A stretch of 64,000 nt of DNA from Octopus vulgaris (lineage: Eukaryota): positions 82,460,001-82,524,000 of the forward strand of contig OX597819.1 in assembly GCA_951406725.2 (NCBI GenBank), in the 5' to 3' direction. Positions 26,294-38,535 of the stretch are shown here, piece after piece. Every line of letters starts with the position of its first letter. Position 1 is the stretch's first letter. Under the pieces are notes generated by a model. The model did no database searches. It saw only the letters and a program-made list of their open reading frames with translations, and had not been told where the DNA came from. Made by a program: the position numbers and the translations under genes.

Positions 26294-27570
26294 ATATTAG
26301 ACACACTGCAATATCAGTAGTGTATATTAAGGTAAGAGTGAGTGCTAAGGACAAAATTAGCATATAGGCAGCTCACCATCAAATATAGGACCTGCTGTAA
26401 TATTTTGAGAGGTTTTTTGAAAAAAAATAAATAAACAGCATGTCCTATATATCATTAAATACAGTATGAGTTTTGAACAAATCTATTTTGTTAGCAAGTG
26501 CATTGTGTTCCTTACTCTTGAATATTTTTTTCTTTCCATTTCATTTGGATCACTCTTACAATAATATATCAATGATAAATACAGGACTTTCAATTTCATA
26601 GAGGTACATGCCATTATCTATTTTGTTTATGTGGATGTTTGATTAAAACAAATTGTTCATGATAAATGTAGCAACGTAGCTGAATTACAATCAGTATAAG
26701 CTTACAACTTCATTAGACTGGAACTTACTACTGTTCCTGCAGCATATAAGCAACTAAGAATACAATGCCAATCTGTGAAAGTGATTAATCTACAACAATA
26801 GAGGGTACTTGTTTTACTAAAGTAGTCAGTAACAATGTGAAATGAAGTACCTGTCTCTAACAAACAATATGTCATCACCACCAGAAACCAATCTTTTGAA
26901 ACTTTAGGATCATGAAATCAAACCTGAAAACTTTAGGACCATGAACACTTAACTTCTAGACTGCAAGCATTCACATTCTAGTTGATAAATATATTTATAT
27001 GTATATTTTTAAATTATTAGATTGTCTGCAATTAAATCTCTATTTTTATACATTTTGGCAAAAGTCAGTTTTGTCTTTCATACTTCTAGAGTTGATAAAA
27101 TAAAGTATCAGTCAAATACTGAGGTCAGTATAATCAACTGTTCCATCCCTCTGATGTGTGACTTTGTACCTATGTAAGAAATCAATATTATTATTAAAAA
27201 AAGTGGTGTGTGCCAGCAATGAAAATATGATGGAGTATCTAGCATCAGTATCATCATCACTACTAACACAATATCGATCAATAATGTGTTTATTTTCAAC
27301 CTTATAATGAGGCCTATACCTTGATGTTGTTGCTGCTATTTGTCTTGCTATTATTGATATTATTGTTGTTGCTTTTGGTGTGGTTGTTGCTGTTGTCTAT
27401 AACTTTATATTTCATTGCATATTGTCATCTTGTGATCCACTGAAGGCCTCATAATCTCAGGGAGGTCAACTTTCCTTTCTTTTCATCAGCAGTTGATAAA
27501 ATAAGTACCAGTAAATCTCATTGACTATAAAACTTCTATACTTCTGCAAAAATTCTAGTTTTGTGCTTTC

Positions 27571-28170
27571 GCACCTTAGGCAAGTGTTTTCTTTTATGGC
27601 CCCAGGTCAGCCAAATCTTTGTGAATGGATTTGGTGGACATAAACTGAAAGGAGGCCATTGTATATACATGTGTGTGTGTGTTTATCCCCCTCCACTGCT
27701 TCATAATTAGTGTTGGTTCTTAGTAACTTAGTGGTTCAACAAAAGAGACCAATAGTATCAGACTTTTGGAAAAAATGTACTGGGGTTAATTGTTCAACTA
27801 AATCTCTCAATGCACTGTCCAGAATGATTGCAGTCTAATGACTAAAACAACTAAAAGGTAAAAGATAAGCTGTCAGAATCAGTATTATTTATCATTTATG
27901 ACATGGTCTGGAACTATAGGTCTCTTTTGCTGAACTAATAAGTTATGGGGCCATAAACAAACCAACACTGGTTCTTGAACAGTGATGGAGTACAAAACAA
28001 AGGCACACACACACACATTAAATATACATGCTTCTTTTAGTTTCTGTCTACTAAATTCACTCACAAGGCTGTGGTCAGACCAGGGCTATAATAGAATACA
28101 CTTGCCTGAAGTGCTGCACAGTAGGATTGAACCCAAGATTACATGACAGAGAAGTAAGTTTCTTAACTTA
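27571..28170. mobile_element. Two degenerate family A SINEs, tail-to-tail (+ 27571-27868, - ~27885-28170)
   Basis: Recognisable head and tail motifs on opposite strands. Confidence 0.75.
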
Positions 28171-30349
28171 AATTAAAAAAATTTAGCCACACTTAAATTT
28201 AAAAAAAACATTACAAGTTCTGAATATTATTATGAATATGATTTTCATATTTCTCTGTACTGGCTATACTTGAGTTAATGTTTATTTTTACTCTTTACTT
28301 TTTTAATCTGAAATATGAGATCATCCTTATGTGGAAAATTTGGATTCAATAGTTTGGGATTCAAAAATTTTTTCTTATTGATCCTTTGTTTTGAGCTTCT
28401 TTAAAAAACAAAATATTTTGCATAGATTTTAATGAATAGATTTATTCTGATCATTAGAGAAAGCTTATAACTGTAGCATGCTGTAGCATGTAAATTTAGA
28501 AGTTAGAAAAGTAATTTCATATGAAAATGCTTCTTTCATATGTTACTACAGAAACTACATTGCAATGTATTTGAGATTTCATTTCTAATTGTGATTTCAT
28601 ATCAGCAAAGCAAACATTTACAAACAGAGAAAGAAAGAAAAAATAATAATTTCTTTGGCAAAAAAAAAACTCCTTCAAAGTTGTTGTAAAGGAAACTCAT
28701 ACTTGCCCTCATTATAATCCAAAGTATTTAATTTCCTATTTCTTTTTTTTACTAGTGTGGAAAGCTGTCCAATGCAGTATAAAGAAAATTCCTACACACT
28801 GATTCACATAGAAATAAACAAACACATAGCTAAACACAAACTCTTCTACTCCTCATGTCTCTTTCTCTATATCAGTCTGTCTGCGACACACACACACTCT
28901 CTCTCACACAAAAGCTTTCATTTCCTCTGTCTATGTCAACAGAAGTCCTAGAAAATATGCAATCCGTTAGTACATACTTTTAATGTTAAAATGTATAAAT
29001 CATTTTTCTTGATTTCTATCAAAAACTCTTGACCCGATTATACTTCAATTTATCAGAAAATGAAATACACAGAAGCTTTTGAAATTTTCAACAATTACTA
29101 CACTAGAATTGTCTGCAAATGATGTTTAGGTGGACAGAATATTTTTTTCTCTTTTTTTGAGTTATTTCAGAATTACAATTTCTAATGAAATTCTGAAGCT
29201 TGCATTTCAGTTTATACTGGTCATTCTGAAAGAGACCACTACTTTAATAAATATGATGTATAATATTTGCAAAATCATTAGCCTCACAACTTAATATATC
29301 CTCTTTTCAAAGAACCCTACACTTTGTACCTATTTATAAAGAGCATAACTAGATTTATAATTTTAGTAAATGGTAATATATAGTTGAAAAATGTGAGTAT
29401 AGTCATATTTAATATGTCTGTTTACACTTAGAAATGGAAATACATGTGAAAAATACGCTATTGGGGTATGAATGTCATTAGAGTGAAGGATGCATGCATT
29501 TCTTTGTCATTGCATGTTATCTAACAGCTTTGGATACCATAGCCACAAAGAATTTGTTCTTACATTAGAACAACATATGGTTTATTTGTTGTGTACAAAA
29601 CTTTGCCAAGTTTGAATTAATTAATTAGAGATACGTTTAACACAACTTCTGAGTGTAAATCAGCATATTAAATATGATTGTACACACCTACATTTCATTC
29701 AGCACTGCTTGGTGTATCACTAATTAATACCAGCTTGACAAAGCTTTGCACACATAAGTAAATGTACCATTTGCTGCTCTAATATAAGAACACACAAGTT
29801 CTTGACAGCTATGAATGACTCAGTACCCATAGCTGATGACACACAATGATACAGAAATGCATGGATCCTATGTTCTTATGATGTAATTCATTGCCTAATG
29901 GTATGTTTTTAACATATATTTTCTGTAAGGTGAATGTTTTTCTCTTGAGAATGTTTCTGTTGTGTATAAGTGTACATGAACATGTTGAATATAATTGTAC
30001 ACTCCTATATGCCATTCAGTGCTATTTAGTGCACCTCTAATTAATAGTTAAGAAAATACATTTTCAAATATAATTTTATAAAATGTTTAAAGTTTCTACT
30101 GTAAACAACTGTCCATCATTCATATTATGAATTTTCTACAAAACTCTGGTTCATTGAATCTTTGATAGTTCATTTTGATTGTATATATGTCAACTAATGT
30201 TTGTGATACCAATGACTTACACATTTCACTTACATGTAACTTATCTTTTCAGTTCATATTGTAGATTTAATAAAACACATAAACAAACATACACTTGTGC
30301 ACACAATTTACACATCATATTCTCTTGAACACAATATGATGTTGAATAT

Positions 30350-30755
30350 AATGCAATCCCCACTTTTCTATATTTGCAAGGGTCTCACAGAATTTGTTGA
30401 GGCAAGTTTTCTTTCACCAGCTCTTATCTGTTTCCAAATAAGGTACTATTTTTCTATGACCAAACATGTTTTTACAGAAGACTAGAAATGAAAGACACCA
30501 CTTATATGACAGTGATATACATTTACAACTATCATGTAATGTTGGGGCAGAATGACAGTACCATACACACACACACACACACCATCACACACATGCATAT
30601 ACACATGCGTACACGATGGGCTTCTTTCAGTTTCTGTCAGCCAAATCAACTTGCAAAGCTTTGGTCTACCCCAGTCTGTAACAGAAGACACTTTCCCATG
30701 CAGTAGAACTGAGCCCAAAATCATGTGGTTGGGAAGCAACTATCTTACCATACAA
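30350..30755 (-). mobile_element. SINE with family A head and alternative tail
   Basis: GATGGGCTTCTTTCAGTTTC...TGGTTGGGAAGCAAC head on the minus strand, CA linker, tail shared with the 25425 copy. Confidence 0.65.
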
Positions 30756-33038
30756 TCAGTAATATTTTTTATCCTCAAGTTTTTTCTCGCCCTCAAGTTT
30801 AATGAAGTCTCACCCATCTCTCTTAATTTTGACTCCAACATTTTGTTTAAGTTTCCCACATAATATATAAAAAAGTATGATAATTTTCAGTAATACATAG
30901 ACTAAGATATGTTTTATATTAAATGAATTACACTTTTCTTACAGAATGCAATATTTTTATCATAGTTCATTAATGTTCTTTTTATAAACGAACTAATTGA
31001 ATAATTCGTTAAAATCTCTTGTGCTTAATTTCATTTTACATATTTAAATTCTAATATGTGGCAGTGATTGTATTTTAGCAAAACTAGTTTCAGTTTACTG
31101 TGTCATGCAAAGGCATTTTATATAATTTGAAGGAGGAGGATTTATGAATCAGTGTCATAAGAAAAGAAAAGAATATAAAAATATACAATAATATTTTCAA
31201 GCAAGTAATTGTAATCAACATGTTCTCAAAATCTTCAAAATGCTGCATCCTTTATTATTTCTAGATCTCATATTACTTTTAAAAAATAATAAATACTACC
31301 TAAACAATTTGTCATAGCAGCTTCATTACCACTGAGCACTAATGAAGCCTCCAAGCTTCATTAGTGACATAGTGACACATGTCCAGTGATCACAGTGATT
31401 ATAGTTAGAAATCTTTACTCTAATTTTTAAAAAAAAGTAGTTCTAGGAACTAACTTTCTGTAACTATAAATATAGTTGCCACCACTTCCATTATTGCTGG
31501 TAGCATTTCTTTTAATCATGAAACATCTTTTCACTTTTGATTTACAATAGCATGCATGATGATATCCTATGTTAGCAATCATGGTATAATATTTAAAACT
31601 TACCTACTATTACAATGTTAAAATTTAAAGTTTTTTCCATATTAAATCAACATCTCTTTGGTGGTAAACATTTTTACATATTGAAAAACTGTTTTAACCA
31701 GTCTATTCAATATTATTCACTTCATTTTAACGTACATTTTCAATGAAATGTCGTGGATAAGTTTCCACTCTATTTCTTTTTCTTAATTAGATATTTTCTT
31801 TGTCATAATTCTTAATACAAACGTGTGTATCATCAAATTTTTAAACAATGGTGTATTAAAGTAATTATATTACTGTTTGGAGTTACACTTTCAGATTTCA
31901 AAGTTCTACTGTGCAATTAGATAACCAAGCACAAATCAAATTTCTAACTGGAAATTTAATTTTAGTATTGGGTATCTTTTTACTAACATATTCTTAATTT
32001 AATACTTACAACTAATTATTTAATGTAGCAGGGTTATCATTAATCAATCAGAATGATTAAGCAATAACTCACAATAATTATAAATCACATTACATCACTG
32101 CCATATCTTTCAGAATAAACTGATAGAAATGATTGCAAAACTTAGTTAAACAAATTAAATTCATTTGATCAGTTTTCAAGATGATAATTCTTGCAGTAAG
32201 AAAATGTCTTCCTTTATATTAGAAAACAAAAATGAAATGAAGATTTTGTTACTGTGGATTATGCGCAGTTTTGAAATTTCAAATCACTTTCTCATAGAAT
32301 AAAAATTTGTGTTTTCATACTAATTAAGGTTACACAAAGTAATTTACATAGCATATTAGATTTAATAAAAGCAATTAATTATCTAAATAACTTTGGTATT
32401 GTGAATATATGTATGGAGAGAATTTTAAGATTAGGTTTTGCAGTTCAGTATAGATTTGCAAATGTATGGTAATTTATTTGACCCCTAAAATCAATGTCCC
32501 CATGAAAACTAAATGAAGTTTTCTTCTTCTTTTTGAAAAGTCATCAGAATGGTCTTTGCCTTGTAAAAACTATATCAGTGCAATATCAAACTCTTTGTTT
32601 ATGAGACATAGTTTCTCACTGATCTGTTCTGCTTTGCTAGAAGTTAGGTGTGAAAATGAGATACAAATGAGAAAATGATGCTTAGAAGCAGGAAATTAAA
32701 GTCATCTTATTCGTTTTTCTCTTCTTTACTTTTCAAAATTTAAGATCTGTTTTCTTAATTTCACTTTACATCTGTGACTGACACAAGCTTCTCATGTCAA
32801 GGATTAGTTAATTATTATGTACGATGGGAATTATTTCAATCACAGCTGACAAAACTTAACATAGTTCGAATGGTTTAACACAGCAGGACATATTTTCATG
32901 ACGGCTAATGCATGAAACAAAAAATATTTTATTCATGGTTATTATTTCTCTTCACAATTACCACATAAAATTGTATATAAATCACATCCTATTGTGTTTA
33001 AAATGTTTTGGCTTCAAGCTTTGACCCATACATAGGTT

Positions 33039-33901
33039 GCATGTTGCATTTTGTTAATACTGCTGGCAACCTTGCTTACAATGGCATTTAAATAATAAAA
33101 AAGAAAGCATTTAGTTGAAATAATATTAATCACTATCAATACGGTCAAGCAGAGTACTGGAACTATACATATCATAGCAATGTTTACCTATGAACAAGCC
33201 AATTAACTGGTGTTTTTAAAACTGCCCCTCCTGATTCACTAAAAGTAATTATATGCAGCATATAACTGACATTAAGAGTCTAGCTGGTTGATAAACAATT
33301 GCAAATATATGTCTTGTACACATGGAAAACATTTATATAAAAATTTATAGGAATACATATCATTACAACAAAATTTTTTGCTTTATAGCAAATTCTGCTT
33401 ATGGTTTTGTTTTTGTGCATGACATCATCAACATGTATTTGTATATGATGCTGGTATTCATGTAGACTGGATAGTGATATGACCGACCTGCCCTACATAC
33501 TCAATCATTTGCTTTCATTTGCTTTTGTGTATGTGTTTGTGCATATATACATGTGAATGCCTGTGTGTGTATTAGTTTGTGCTGTAAATTTCAAGTCCAA
33601 AGTAAGGTTCCAGAGAAAAGTTTTATGTAGTTTTTGTGCCCTGCCTAATTGTTAGTAAAAAAAATATATGACTTATGAAAACGTGTATATGGTACTTTTA
33701 GGGAATCAGGAGGGGCAGTTTTAAAAACACCAGTTAATTGGCTTGTTCATAGGTAAACATTGCTATGATATGTATAGTTCCAGTACTCTGCTTGACCGTA
33801 TTGATAGTGATTAATATTATTTCAACTAAATGCTTTCTTTTTTATTATTTAAATGCCATTGTAAGCAAGGTTGCCAGCAGTATTAACAAAATGCAAAATG
33901 C
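33039..33901. repeat. Long inverted repeat: perfect 194-bp arms (33044-33237 and 33703-33896)
   Basis: Base-by-base comparison shows exact reverse-complement identity. It extends to 209 bp (33039-33247 / 33693-33901) with 2 mismatches, leaving a 445-bp spacer. Confidence 0.97.
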
Positions 33902-34350
33902 TGACATGGAATAGAAGTTTTTTAGGTTTTTTCTTTGGCACCACCATCAATATAATCTGTATAATACACAAATATTCTATATGACTTTATTATTTATTTT
34001 TAGAATCTCAAAATGGCAGCATTAGCCTAAGCACGATATAAAATAAAATGCCTCACTAAGACCAAGAATCTCTGTTCTCCACTGCCAACCACATGTTATG
34101 TATTTTGAAGCATTTAGACTATGATAGCGATTGAATTTACTTTATCTGTCTTTATATAGTCACTGCAAGAGCCTTCAATTATGTATACACACACTGAACA
34201 ACAAAGCATGTAGTGCTGGATATCATACTGAATTCCACACAACCAATTCTATTGTATAATGGAGTGTATAGTATTTTCTCAAACAAACTAGATTGTACAG
34301 TATCCTGACTGTTACATCTATCTATTGCATATTTAAGCCCTTCACTACCT

Positions 34351-34456
34351 ATGGAGCATAGGCCATTTTTCACTCTGGGCTATGTTTTCCTCACCCAGGT
34401 TCTGTTGATTTTTAACTGTCATCACTACTTCTGTGACTTTGCATTTTCCTGGGTGG
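34351..34456 (+). CDS. Candidate first coding exon encoding a signal-peptide-like N-terminus of the follistatin-domain gene
   Basis: MEHRPFFTLGYVFLTQVLLIFNCHHYFCDFAFSWV: charged n-region, hydrophobic core, AFS. The phase-1 donor G|GTAGGT at 34456/34457 is in frame with the 38536 acceptor (G+AT = Asp). A possible upstream acceptor TTTTTAG ends at 34003. Confidence 0.45.
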
Positions 34457-34465
34457 GTAGGTATG

Positions 34466-34723
34466 TTGTGGAGGCACATGGCTTAGTGGTTAGGGTTTTG
34501 CGAACCATGATAAGATTGTGTTTCAATTCCTGGACTGGGAAGCACATTGTGTTCTTGAGTAAAACACTTCATTTCATGCTGCGCCAGTCCACTCCTCTGG
34601 TAAAAATGAGTAATCCTGCAATGGACTGGTATCCCGTCCAGGGGAATATATATGCCATGAAACCAGGAAAGTGGTCTTTATGAGTTGGCATCACTCAAGA
34701 AGGTTACTTTGCTTTACTTTGAA
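34466..34723 (+). mobile_element. tRNA-derived SINE (GTGGAGGC head) with 9-bp TSD GTAGGTATG
   Basis: A box TGGCTTAGTGG; tail shared with the 25987 element; TSD at 34457-34465 and 34724-34732. Confidence 0.8.
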
Positions 34724-34732
34724 GTAGGTATG

Positions 34733-34950
34733 CAGTTGATGGTGCTCCCTCTGGAGAGACATCAATTCTTAGTGGTTTCCCTAAGAGAATTGTACTGGGA
34801 TCACTACTGTTTGTGGTGGCTCTCTCAAACATGCCTTCAGCCATACAGTAAGCCACTCCCACCAACTATGCTTATAATATAAAAGTAACACAGACAGTCA
34901 AGGATCCTGGTGATATCCTAAAACTGCAGAAAGACCTGAATGCAATATAA
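34733..34950 (+). pseudogene. Old CR1/L2-group LINE RT fragment
   Basis: Translates to SGFPKRIVLGSLLF...YAYNIK...LQKDLNAI, a decayed SGVPQGSVLGPLLF / YADDxK / LQxDL, with an internal stop. Confidence 0.75.
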
Positions 34951-35171
34951 AAATAATATGCAGTTCTATGCTGGTAATGACAGGACATGTTTTTATCTGA
35001 GATATCAGATAAGCCTACATCATGGCAGGATGCACCAGAAATAATGCAGAAATAAAACACATTCACATTGAAAGGCAGTGCCCCAGCATGACCTCAGCAG
35101 CTGGCTGAACCAATAAAACAATAATACACAACAATAAGCAATGGGATTGGTGTTGACAAAGACATACACAC

Positions 35172-35825
35172 GCTCTTGCGAGCATGACCTAGGCATCACT
35201 GTCAGCAGTGATTTGCGTTGGACAAAGCATATCTCTAAAATTGTCAAGAAGGCCGAGGGTGTCTTGGCATCACTCAGCAAGACTTTTGTTAGCCGCTCTC
35301 CAGCCATCTATTTAAAACTGTATACAGCTATGGTACGACCACACTTGGAATTCGCATCATCAGTTTGGAACCCCTATCTTGCTCAGAACACTGACCTCCT
35401 GGAATCTGTCCAGAGACGTGCAATCAAACGCATACCCTCCATCAGACACCTACCATATTCTGAGTGCCTTGTTTCCCTGGGCATGGATTCACTGAAGCTC
35501 CGGCGTCTGGCGACGGACTTGGTAAACACCCACAAAGTTATCAACCACCTCACCAACAACAACACTGAACACCTTTTTGATCTCCATGTGTCTAACACAC
35601 GTAGACATGCCTACAAAGTCAGAAAACAACACAGCTCCCATGACTTTCGGAAACATTTTTTCACGCTCAGAGTTGCTGAAGCATGGAATAAACTGCCTGC
35701 GTCAGTTGTTGACTGCCATGACACTGCATCCTTTAAGGCCCTCATGCTTTCCGAAATCCGCCGAAACTACACCTGATTATATATACACTTTAGATGAGTT
35801 GTAGTGCACCTGAGCACTGTACACA

Positions 35826-35863
<38 letters not shown>
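35172..35863 (+). mobile_element. Young 5'-truncated CR1/L2-group LINE 3' end with (TTA)n tail
   Basis: The 211-aa ORF is uninterrupted and has EHDLGI, LYTAMVRPHLEF..VWNPY, LESVQRRA, FFTLRV..WNKLP motifs, followed by an (ATT)n tail. It sits in the linker of a minus-strand family A SINE (35055-35170 and 35880-36042). Confidence 0.92.
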
Positions 35864-35865
<2 letters not shown>

Positions 35866-37981
35866 GAACACATATGTATACAATGGGCTTTCACACAGTT
35901 TGCATCTACCAAATTCACTCACAGGGCATTTGTCAGCCTGGGGTTTTAGTAAAAGACACTTGCTAAGCTGTCATGCATAGTGGGACTGAACCTCAAACCA
36001 TATGGTTGCAAAGAGTTCTTCTTAGCTCCACAACCACGCCTGATATATAAAATATATAAAATGCATAAAATTTAACAATAAGCAACATAAAAACTGAAGA
36101 CCTCTAATGAAGTTCTTCAGATAGGTTAGAGCAATACGACTGCTTGTTTCAAAATACTACATGTTCCCAGTGTAAAATGCTACAAATCTTTTTGCAAGGT
36201 AAACTTAGATTATTTTGCTACATATAAGAGACTTGTCTTTCTTACCTTGTTTTTTAGTCATCATGTTGGCACATACCCAATTGAAAATGAGATTGTGTGT
36301 AGGGTATATTAAGTTTTACTTCATCTTCCACCTGAAAAACAAATGGAAACAGAAATATTATGAAAGAAACAATTCTATTCTTAATAATAGCATTTATTTA
36401 TTGATTGAAAAACATAACTCTAATAAACAAATCTAATTGGACAAAAAATACAAATATTAGAACTGAACAACTAAATTATATGATTATTTTTTAAACAAAA
36501 TATATAATTGGCAATGCATAGTGTAAACTAAACAACCATAACAGCAACTGATTTTTATAAAATATAATTGCCTTTTCTAGAACTACATTGGTCATTTATT
36601 AAACACACACATTCACACATGCATACATCCATACACAAATATGCACTAAATTCAGTTGTGTCAAAGTCTTTTATCATACCTTATAACCTGTTCATTGATA
36701 CATAACCATTCACTGATGCCCTTCAGTAAACTTTCATAGCAATTTGAATGAGATTTTAATAGCGATTTGATTAATATTTTAATGAAATGACAAAAATATA
36801 AAAAGTCTCTATTTTTACATGTTGCTGCTTTGAAATCAGAAATTAAAACTTGCAAAGCCTGTTTGATATTTTAATTGTATTCAGCTATTTAAATATATGT
36901 ATAAATATTTATATTTAGATACACCTACACATACACACATGAAAGTGAAAATAAGCAACTGAGGAAAAGTGTAAACACAATAAAAGAGCAATTAGTTTCA
37001 CTCAGTATTTTGGGCTGGAGTCCTTCATCAGAAAGATGGGAAAGAGAGAGATTGTGTGGGTGAGAGAGGTTGGGTGAGTATTAAAGAAAAGAAGAGGGAA
37101 AGTAAGCAAAGAAATGTTGGTGAAATGAACCACCATGTGTTGCCTATGACAGTTCCAGTTTGGAAATTTATGTAGAAATTTAGAAAGTAGCTTTCAGCAT
37201 TAAAAAAGATAAGAAGAGAAGACAAAGGATGCTGATACATGTAAATTTGTGTGTGGTGTGTGTGTGTGTGTGTAAGTTAGTTGCATATTAGGTTCAGTAG
37301 TGTATGTGTGCATTCTTTTTTTCAGAAAGATGTTTATTTTCGTGTGACATATGGTGTATGTTTGTACAATGTATGTATATGTAATTATGTGAAGTTAAAT
37401 GTGTCTATTGCTTGTGTCATTGTGTATATACATGTACTGCAGATGTGCATGCGCAAGTGCAGGTAAATGTGTTTTCAGAGAGTTTACACACAATTCTTAT
37501 AAAACTGCTTGCCTATTGCAACATATTGAACACACACTCATCAGAGCCCATACTCACAAACATTAAGACATTATGCACAATACACACATATACAAATACA
37601 TACGCAACCAACTTACACCAGCATGCAATTTAACATTCATTCATATGCTTGTAGTACAATCAAATCCTCATCATACAGCACTAAAAAACAAACACATTCA
37701 TGCAGTTCTGGAAAAACAACACTCATTAGAAACTACTGATTCTGCATACACACTTACACATACCCGCATACCCTCTATACACACACCTTATTAACAAAAG
37801 TACAACACACTGTAAACAAACACAAACAGGTTCATGTATGTTGTTTGCCAATTGTCTCCCTTGCTTCTAATGAACGACCACCATCTTAAACTTCCTGATT
37901 CGTTCCCATCTTTTTAAGTGCTAAATTAATAAAACATTTGTCAAAACTCTTCTTGTGATGTCTCCTTTTTGTGCTCATTGC

Positions 37982-37996
37982 CATATATATACATAC

Positions 37997-38027
<31 letters not shown>

Positions 38028-38202
38028 TTCACACACATATATACACATACACACATATATACACATACACACATATATATTATACTCTTTTACTCTCTTT
38101 TTACTCTTTTTATATATATATATATGTATATATATGTATATATATACACACATATATGCACACACACACACACACACATATATATTTATATATATATATA
38201 TT
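37982..38202. repeat. Compound (TA)n/(CA)n microsatellite
   Basis: Directly visible. Confidence 0.95.
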
Positions 38203-38292
38203 AATGATTGCTTTTATGTTCTGTTATAATGAAAAAGATTTTACATTAATCCAATGGGCTACTCAGTAATTTTGTAGAGTACATATTTATCA

Positions 38293-38409
38293 GTTATACA
38301 AGAATGTTGCTGACAGTGATTCTAAAGTTTCATCCAGCTAACTTATCACCTGATAATGGCTTAACTGGCTGAAACTTCGAAGTTACTGTCAACAACATTC
38401 TTGTATAAC
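38293..38409. repeat. Imperfect hairpin with ~45-53-bp stem
   Basis: GTTATACAAGAATGTTGCTGACAG... pairs with ...CTGTCAACAACATTCTTGTATAAC; 38 of 45 positions in the outer stem are Watson-Crick. Confidence 0.9.
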
Positions 38410-38535
38410 AATAATAGATGTATTAAACACACACATACACACATATGTATATGTATGTATACGTATATGTATGTATATGTATGTATCACATGCATATGTA
38501 GCTTGTTTTCTCAATTTTTTATATTTCTTTTCCAG

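Noticed and set aside
36990-37040. Minus-strand CTGATGAAGGACTCCAGCCC hammerhead-like motif
   Set aside because: The GAAA core reads AAAA and I cannot build helices I and III; at best a dead Penelope-type remnant.
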